Assembly: GCA_049515895.1 (NCBI GenBank)
Contig: JBEKTQ010000019.1
Coordinates: 32,429 to 96,428 of the forward strand
Direction of reading: 5' to 3'
Source of the DNA: Candidatus Bathyarchaeia archaeon
Lineage (GTDB): Archaea > Thermoproteota > Bathyarchaeia > Bathyarchaeales > Bathycorpusculaceae
Length of the DNA stretch: 64,000 nt
Shown here one piece after another: positions 59,501-64,000 of the stretch. The notes beneath the pieces are model-generated. The model was not told the origin of the DNA and ran no database searches. It saw only the letters and a list, made by a program, of their open reading frames with translations. The stretch's first letter is position 1. Each line of letters opens with the position of its first letter. Both the position numbers and the translations under genes were made by a program.

Positions 59501-60781
59501 GCTTGACGCTGTTGGAGTAAGCGAAACTACACCTGTGAATCCGTTGAGGGAGTTCACGGTTATCGTTGAGGTTGCAGATGATCCAGCATTAATGATAATT
59601 GGGTTAGGCGGTGATGCTGAGATTGAGAAGTCTGGTGTGGCTGGAAGTGAGAAATTGGTGGTAACTGGGCTTCCTAAGCCCGTGACTAGATCGTATCCCA
59701 CTCCCGCTGAGTTTCCGTTTGACCCAACGGTTATGTCCCTCAAGTAAGAGGAATAGCTTTCTGAGCTTGCGTCCAAGTAGAAGTTGACGTTGTTTGCGCT
59801 GAGCCCGAGAGCTTGAATTGCCGCCAACTGTGGTGCTCCGATGCTGGTTCCACCTACCGTCCACCACCCAGTGTGTCCGTTGTTAATTGTTGTATCATAA
59901 ACAAATACGCCGGTGTTTGGGTCTGCATCATAAGAAACATCAGGAGTAGAACGCATTGTGTAGTTCAACCCGTAGTTTTTCTGGTAGGCTGGTTGTTGTT
60001 CATATGTGCTTACCCCGCCTCCGCTTCCGCTCCAAGCTGTCTCTGAAATGACTGCTCCAGTTGTTTGGTCTATGTTGAGAGTTGTTCCGCCAACACTAAC
60101 TACGTTTGGTGAGGTTGAAGGCCAGATGACACCTGCTCCGTTGTCGCCGCTGGATGCAAAGAAAACTATCCCGGATGTGCTGGTGAAGATCCCGTCATAG
60201 CCGCTTTCAGTTTCGGCAGAGAACTCGCCGGTGCCCCAGCTCATTGATACAGCTACCACTCCTGGTTGGTTTTTAGCGTAGTTTACGGCACTCATAAGAT
60301 CGGTTAGGGTGCTTGATTTGGCCTCCACCAGTAATATTGTTGCCATGGGAGCTATGGCGTGTGCCCATTCAACGTCAACGGAGATTTCCAATGCCCATCC
60401 GCTGTTTGCGTTGATGGTTGTGGCCATTTTGTGTTCTATGAAGTTTGCAGTTGGCAAGCCGAAGTTGCTGCTAAAGTACGCTAGATCGCTGGCTATTGTC
60501 GGGTCGTCGTAGGCGTCAACGATTGCTATGGTTGTTCCTGCGCCGTTTGTTGTTGAGGAGAGACTGTATGCAGTTATGATTTGGGCTGGAGTGAGTGGGT
60601 CTGGTCCTTGAGTTGAGGCTGGATGAGCGATGAAAAATGGCTGTGCCGTCAAATCGTTGTTTGACTTTGTTGCTTTCGCTCCTGATGCCAATAAAGGGAA
60701 GGCGATAACAAGAATGAACATCGCTAAAACGATGAACGTGCTCGCATTGCTGCTGTAAAGCTTAAAGGACAGGATACGCAT
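56522..60781 (-). CDS. Cell-surface S53 (sedolisin-like) peptidase with PKD/Ig-like repeats and TM anchor
   Basis: EISVDVE (Glu/Asp), ASSGD oxyanion motif, GGTS (Ser), GYDLVTGLG; repeated TVTAKDAYGN Ig domains. Confidence 0.92.
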   Translation of the reverse strand: MRILSFKLYSSNASTFIVLAMFILVIAFPLLASGAKATKSNNDLTAQPFFIAHPASTQGPDPLTPAQIITAYSLSSTTNGAGTTIAIVDAYDDPTIASDLAYFSSNFGLPTANFIEHKMATTINANSGWALEISVDVEWAHAIAPMATILLVEAKSSTLTDLMSAVNYAKNQPGVVAVSMSWGTGEFSAETESGYDGIFTSTSGIVFFASSGDNGAGVIWPSTSPNVVSVGGTTLNIDQTTGAVISETAWSGSGGGVSTYEQQPAYQKNYGLNYTMRSTPDVSYDADPNTGVFVYDTTINNGHTGWWTVGGTSIGAPQLAAIQALGLSANNVNFYLDASSESYSSYLRDITVGSNGNSAGVGYDLVTGLGSPVTTNFSLPATPDFSISASPPNPIIINAGSSATSTITVNSLNGFTGVVSLTPTASSGINVGLNPTSITTSGTSTLTVQVPIATANGTYSVTVTGVSGTLSHSTTLTLQVKPSPYNASVLPSSATLDVGQSRIFMASASGGTSPYTYQWYLNGGAVGTNSATYTFSPSSMGSFLLSVNVTDSASVPVTFESNPVPITVNSALAAPTVAPAPGTVDQGQASVLSNSSDITTGTSPYTYQWYSEAPSAGFYSSINGATSATYNFTTSTSTATGEWSFELQVTDAAGAAVISNVASVTVNAAPTVNVSPASWTMAAGQTKAFSAIPGGGSDVYSPYKWYVNGVVQSGQTGSNFSFAPVISRSYLISVTVTDSLGASSPQSNASVIVNPAPASQLVVSGFPSSATAGEAYVVTVTAKDAYGNVASGYADAVAFTSSDSKAVLPANASLTSGVGSFNVALETAGSQSITATDTANSTITGFQMGITVNPNVSTHLVVSSGTSQVAGTAFSVTVTAKDAYENTATGYTGTVHFNSSDSGVAVNLPSNYVFQTLDNGTKSFSLALVTASAQSITATDTANSTITGSQTGITVTHAASVANVVVSPAGSTVTAGLSTPFSATASDMYGNAWDVTSSTTWSVSSGAGGSWSSNIYTSAKAGSWTVTGTYASTAYTTGLTVNPGGLDHFVFNSVGTQTAGSAFNITISAEDAYGNVVTSYNGTNALNLSTGTINPTSTSAFSSGVWMGSVTVTGAGSGVTLSTSGSGESATSGSFTVNPGVLDHFTFNTISSPQMAGSAFSVTISAEDAFGNTVTSYIGTPTLTCSAGSISSSTMNAFSGGVGTALVTVTAAGSSATITATDGIHVGTSNPFTVAIAPTPTPTPTLTPIPTLTPAPSPSSSSIMTVAATTQNGATVDLAISGNITSSQISNVKIATDQADSTTTISFTTTGESGTVGFGNVTIPISAVSFGGTPTIYIDGLQASNQGYTQDSSNYYVWYTTSFSAHQISIVFTSTAPSPSPTAKSSLSQVVIYGIVATVAVVATVAAVIVLRKSRKVKS

Positions 60782-60998
60782 TAGATGGATTTTATCCCAA
60801 TCTAACTCTTAAGTTTACTCTCATATGCGGGCTGCGCTGTCTCAATATTATAGGACCGTGATGTTTAGGCAATTTTTGACTAAATATTCTGATCAGTAAG
60901 GTCCAGATACAGTTTCTTCAACTTTTGGAGAATAGAAGATAATTCGATGCTTTCTACTCATTGCAAAGGCTCTACTACAACCAAGACTTTTCCCCAGT

Positions 60999-61082
60999 TT
61001 AAGCGTCCAAAAAATGACTCAGGCCTTTTTTCGGAATAACTGCATCACAATCAACAGAAAATCTATGCTGCCCCGAACCGCA
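60999..61082 (-). pseudogene. Possible fragment of an AbiEii-like nucleotidyltransferase toxin
   Basis: GQHRFSVDCDAVI resembles the R-x-S-x-D-x-D motif; isolated fragment. Confidence 0.35.
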
Positions 61083-61230
61083 TCATTTTTCCAGCCTTAA
61101 GAAACAAAGAAGGGTTATTCTTCGAAATTAATTGGATTCGGACCTAACGCGGTTTGGATCTTTATGGCCCCAGACCCAATGGTTCGGAACCATTAATATT
61201 GGTTGAGCGGAACTGAGATTGAAATATTCC

Positions 61231-61662
61231 CTATGGGTGCTGGAAGGGGGATCTACCTACCCAAAGTGTTTCGGACAAGTTCTTGAAGTGCTCGTCTCCA
61301 GTGACAATTCTCGATTTTAGTAATCTGCCCGTTGCCAACACTACAGCGTCAAACAAGCTTGGAGAATTCAGCTTGGACTTCTTGGCGCAAGTAACCAGTT
61401 CCAAATAGCATCTTGCCGCCTCCAAAGCTATTCCAACGTCAATAGGGGTTATATTTGAAGCCGAGGCAATAACCTCGAGTCTCGCGTCAACTGTCTTTTC
61501 ATCGGCTCCTTCTCGGATATACTTACGAGCAATCTCCGCCAAGACGGTCCCAGGCGTATAGATTTCGTCTGCGTTTTCCAAAATCTGCTTAACCTCAACC
61601 CCTTTTTCACTACCTACAAAAAACTCAATCCATGCATAGGCATCAATCACGATCTTCGCCAC
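61231..61662 (-). CDS. vapC: VapC PIN-domain toxin
   Basis: IVIDAYAWIE, LAE, SLFDA, TGDEHF. Confidence 0.92.
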   Translation of the reverse strand: MAKIVIDAYAWIEFFVGSEKGVEVKQILENADEIYTPGTVLAEIARKYIREGADEKTVDARLEVIASASNITPIDVGIALEAARCYLELVTCAKKSKLNSPSLFDAVVLATGRLLKSRIVTGDEHFKNLSETLWVGRSPFQHP

Positions 61663-61852
61663 GGTCTCCCTCCGAAAAAGGCTTAATTCTCCCCTGATCT
61701 GCGCTGAATGCTTTTTCTAAAACAGATTTTCTTTGTTTTTTGACAAGAGATTGTATTGCCTCGTCAAGACTTTCTGCGTTCAGTTTCTCTTTAAGACGTT
61801 CCAGTGTTTCAGCCGTCTTCTTTGAGACCCTTATAGTTGTTGTTTCATTCAA
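61643..61852 (-). CDS. vapB: VapB-type antitoxin (RHH-like)
   Basis: TTIRVSKKT..L...K motif; overlaps the vapC start. Confidence 0.85.
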   Translation of the reverse strand: MNETTTIRVSKKTAETLERLKEKLNAESLDEAIQSLVKKQRKSVLEKAFSADQGRIKPFSEGDRGEDRD

Positions 61853-62024
61853 AACAGCTTCACCAGTTAAGTAGAGTTGTATACAGGTTAATAAGCATAC
61901 ATGTATAGAACCTAAATTTCTGATCCAAAGTTTTTCGACTCTTAGTCATGAAAAAACAGCTAACATTATTCACGTCATGCACAAAAGCAAAACATATTGA
62001 ATAAGGCTTGTTTAAAACTTGGTT

Positions 62025-62069
62025 TGGAGCTGGGGATGGGAATTGAACCCATATATAACATCATTGCAG
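62025..62069 (-). pseudogene. Degenerate 3' half of tRNA-Cys(GCA), att-like scar
   Basis: CTGCAAT loop + 5 + 5 nt + T-arm ATGGG-TTCAATT-CCCAT + CCCCAGC-T-CCA; U73 discriminator; no 5' half. Confidence 0.8.
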
Positions 62070-62077
62070 GGCGAAGA

Positions 62078-62467
62078 TTATTTCAACAGAACTGCGCCTG
62101 CCACATTTTTGAAGTGCAGATCGCCTGATAGTATTTTTGACTTCATTTTAGTTGCTGTGGCTAACACGTAAGAATCGGCAAGCCCAAAATCTTTTTCCGT
62201 TTTTCGCATTTTGGCATGAAGCAACCCTGCATTTTTTGAAAGTTCTTCATCGGCATCTATGATCTGGGAATTGCTCAAAAGTAATGAATAGGTTACTTCG
62301 GCGTCTTTTCCTTCTCGGGCTACTTTACTGACTACTTCTGCCAACGTAACGGCGCATGTGTAAACTTCCGTGGTTTCGTCCTCGAGAATTTCCTCAAGTT
62401 TGGCTCCTTTCTCACTGCCAATCAAGTATTCTATCCATGCCCAGGCATCAACAACGTAACTATTCAA
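62078..62467 (-). CDS. vapC: VapC PIN-domain toxin
   Basis: YVVDAWAWIE, LAE, GLADS, SGDLHF. Confidence 0.92.
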   Translation of the reverse strand: MNSYVVDAWAWIEYLIGSEKGAKLEEILEDETTEVYTCAVTLAEVVSKVAREGKDAEVTYSLLLSNSQIIDADEELSKNAGLLHAKMRKTEKDFGLADSYVLATATKMKSKILSGDLHFKNVAGAVLLK

Positions 62468-62660
62468 GCGCTTTCAACTCATCTTCGACGGTGAAGATCT
62501 TCATGCCTTTGAGTGCTCCGAAACCTTTTTTTCGACATTTCTTAACATTGATTTCCAAAAACTCGTTTTCCTTAATTTTTTGCGTCTCTACTAACTCTTT
62601 CGGTAACGTGACAACGAGGGAACCGCCAATTCGGCGTGTCCTAGTTAAACACTTGGTCAT
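62460..62660 (-). CDS. vapB: AbrB/MazE-family antitoxin
   Basis: RRIGGSLVVTLPKE; overlaps vapC. Confidence 0.88.
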   Translation of the reverse strand: MTKCLTRTRRIGGSLVVTLPKELVETQKIKENEFLEINVKKCRKKGFGALKGMKIFTVEDELKALE

Positions 62661-62719
62661 ATTCTATCACTATAAAATTAAATTATACATTAGTTATACT
62701 TAGACTTTGCGTTAAAAGT

Positions 62720-62839
62720 TGGAGCAGGGGATGAACATCAGACTTGAAGCACGATTCCCAACGTTTACGGTAAAAGAAGTCGGTTGCCTGCAAATTACCT
62801 TGACTCCCTTCAACTATCGATGACATTGATCGCCCCTGC
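62720..62839 (-). ncRNA. Candidate 120-nt RNA closed by a tRNA-like acceptor stem ending U-CCA
   Basis: GCAGGGG/CCCCUGC-U-CCA, extended by AAUGUCA/UGAUGUU and UUGAAG/CUUCAA. Confidence 0.4.
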
Positions 62840-62996
62840 CCTTGCAAGATTTCATATAACGCAAATCACTATTTTGAATGGACTTCACCTATGTCGTTTT
62901 TAGACAAAAAAGCCCCAAAAACATTTTCAACTTTATATCACTGATTTAAGTCAGAAATAAAAATTTAAACGTGATTTAAGCCTGAATTGCTAAAAG

Positions 62997-63022
62997 CGTG
63001 CGGGAAAAGATTTGAACCCGCG
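62997..63022 (-). pseudogene. Degenerate tRNA 3'-end fragment
   Basis: Plus strand GTGCGGGAAAAGATTTGAACCC is the reverse complement of a T-loop GGTTCAAAT plus acceptor strand. Confidence 0.5.
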
Positions 63023-63160
63023 GCTTTCCCTTTGCGAACGCAGCCATAATTGAAGGGTCCTCTCTCTTATACCATAAACGCAGGATGCTCAATCACCTTT
63101 AACGTTGGGTTGGCGCATGATTCTTGGTAAACTATATTTGATATAACTATCATAGAATTT

Positions 63161-63436
63161 ATGAGATCTTTGAAGTCTATGACTACAATATCAGTTTCTG
63201 AGGATGTCAAAGAGAAGTTATTGAGGGTTGCCTCTGAGCTTCAAATAAAGCTAGGGCGCCGAGTCGACCTTAACGAGGCTTTAAGCTTTTTAGTGGATCA
63301 AAGTAAAAGGAATCCTCAACTGCTGGAGGAAGCCTGTAGCCCCATGAGTGGAGCAAAGGAAGCAATCCAAGAATTAGAAAGGGAACGGAAAGTTGATGAG
63401 ACAAGACTTGAAAGGAAAATTAGCAATAGACGCTAG
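63161..63436 (+). CDS. vapB: VapB-type antitoxin (RHH-like)
   Basis: MTTISVSEDVKEKL...L...GRRVD..EA; overlaps a PIN remnant; true start possibly ATG 63179. Confidence 0.8.
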   Translation: MRSLKSMTTISVSEDVKEKLLRVASELQIKLGRRVDLNEALSFLVDQSKRNPQLLEEACSPMSGAKEAIQELERERKVDETRLERKISNRR

Positions 63437-63549
63437 CGCACTGATTGAGCTATATTTGGGAAGCTATGGGGCAGAAACTCAAGAAAGCTTTAGAAGATGA
63501 TTTGGTCGAAGCTTGGATCACTGAACTTGCCTTGACAGAACTGATTTAA
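63396..63549 (+). pseudogene. vapC: Frameshifted, truncated VapC PIN toxin
   Basis: KLAIDASALIEL, then a shifted frame GQKLKKALEDDLVEAWITELALTELI*. Confidence 0.7.
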
Positions 63550-63679
63550 CAATTGAAATGAAAAGAAAACCCTTTGATGTCAATGTGTTTTTTCTAGAAG
63601 ACCAAGCAGGAGCTTGAGTGAACACTTTAGGCAACCACACTTTGTGGAATTTCTGTGTCGACAACTAATAAGATTAGAA

Positions 63680-63701
63680 AGTGGACCGGGGGATTTGAAC
63701 C
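63680..63701 (-). pseudogene. Degenerate tRNA-Ala-like 3'-end fragment
   Basis: GGTTCAAATCCCCCGGTCCA; the acceptor strand CCGGTCC-A carries U70 and A73. Confidence 0.6.
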
Positions 63702-64000
63702 GTGAGGGTCAAACCAATAGCCATTTTTCCAGATTGACAAAGTCAGCACTTAGCACAAGAAAGCTAAGCTGATTAAATCAAACGGTTCCTTTAGACGGCG
63801 CTAAAAGCCTTATTTTTTATATTTCAAGCATTGATTTGCATTTTATGCTAACTTGTCTGTGCGCGCTGCCTTGTGCCGATATTATGTGATGTGGGAAAGA
63901 TAATTTACTTTCATGCATGTATCTGATATATGGGAAATTGAATCAAATGAAAAATCCAAATTCAAAGAATAACAGGGATAACGAAACTCAAGAAATCAAC

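Noticed and set aside
61199-61224. TTGGTTGAGCGGAACTGAGATTGAA as a fifth tRNA scar
   Set aside because: The position fits the pattern, but the T-stem does not pair

Overview
Archaeal DNA, most likely Bathyarchaeia. This is inferred from TATA/BRE promoters, U-tract terminators, the expanded PQQ-like beta-propeller surface protein family and VapBC modules. The window is a cell-envelope accessory region with five parts. (1) Membrane-anchored surface proteins with Pro/Thr stalks: an NHL propeller, four PQQ-like propellers, a metallophosphoesterase-discoidin protein (secreted, no C-terminal anchor), a DUF3131 protein and an S53 protease. (2) A cluster of two pilin-like paralogs, a DUF2341-like protein and a dedicated SipW/Sec11-type signal peptidase; all three substrates share a VSFA cleavage motif, making this a candidate TasA/bundling-pilus-like fibre system. 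(3) A ~21 kb glycan biosynthesis locus with a radical SAM enzyme and a 1450-aa GT-C-like membrane protein. (4) A toxin-antitoxin array interleaved with 3' halves of different tRNAs. (5) Features missing from the ORF track: two 10-bp-phased repeat arrays (one before an AbrB/MraZ-like remnant), duplicated microproteins, a 2x2 promoter/body mosaic among the PQQ genes, two candidate structured RNAs and two apparent ACG starts. No CRISPR, rRNA, intact tRNA, transposase, integrase or reverse transcriptase was seen. Family names come from motif recognition, not database searches.
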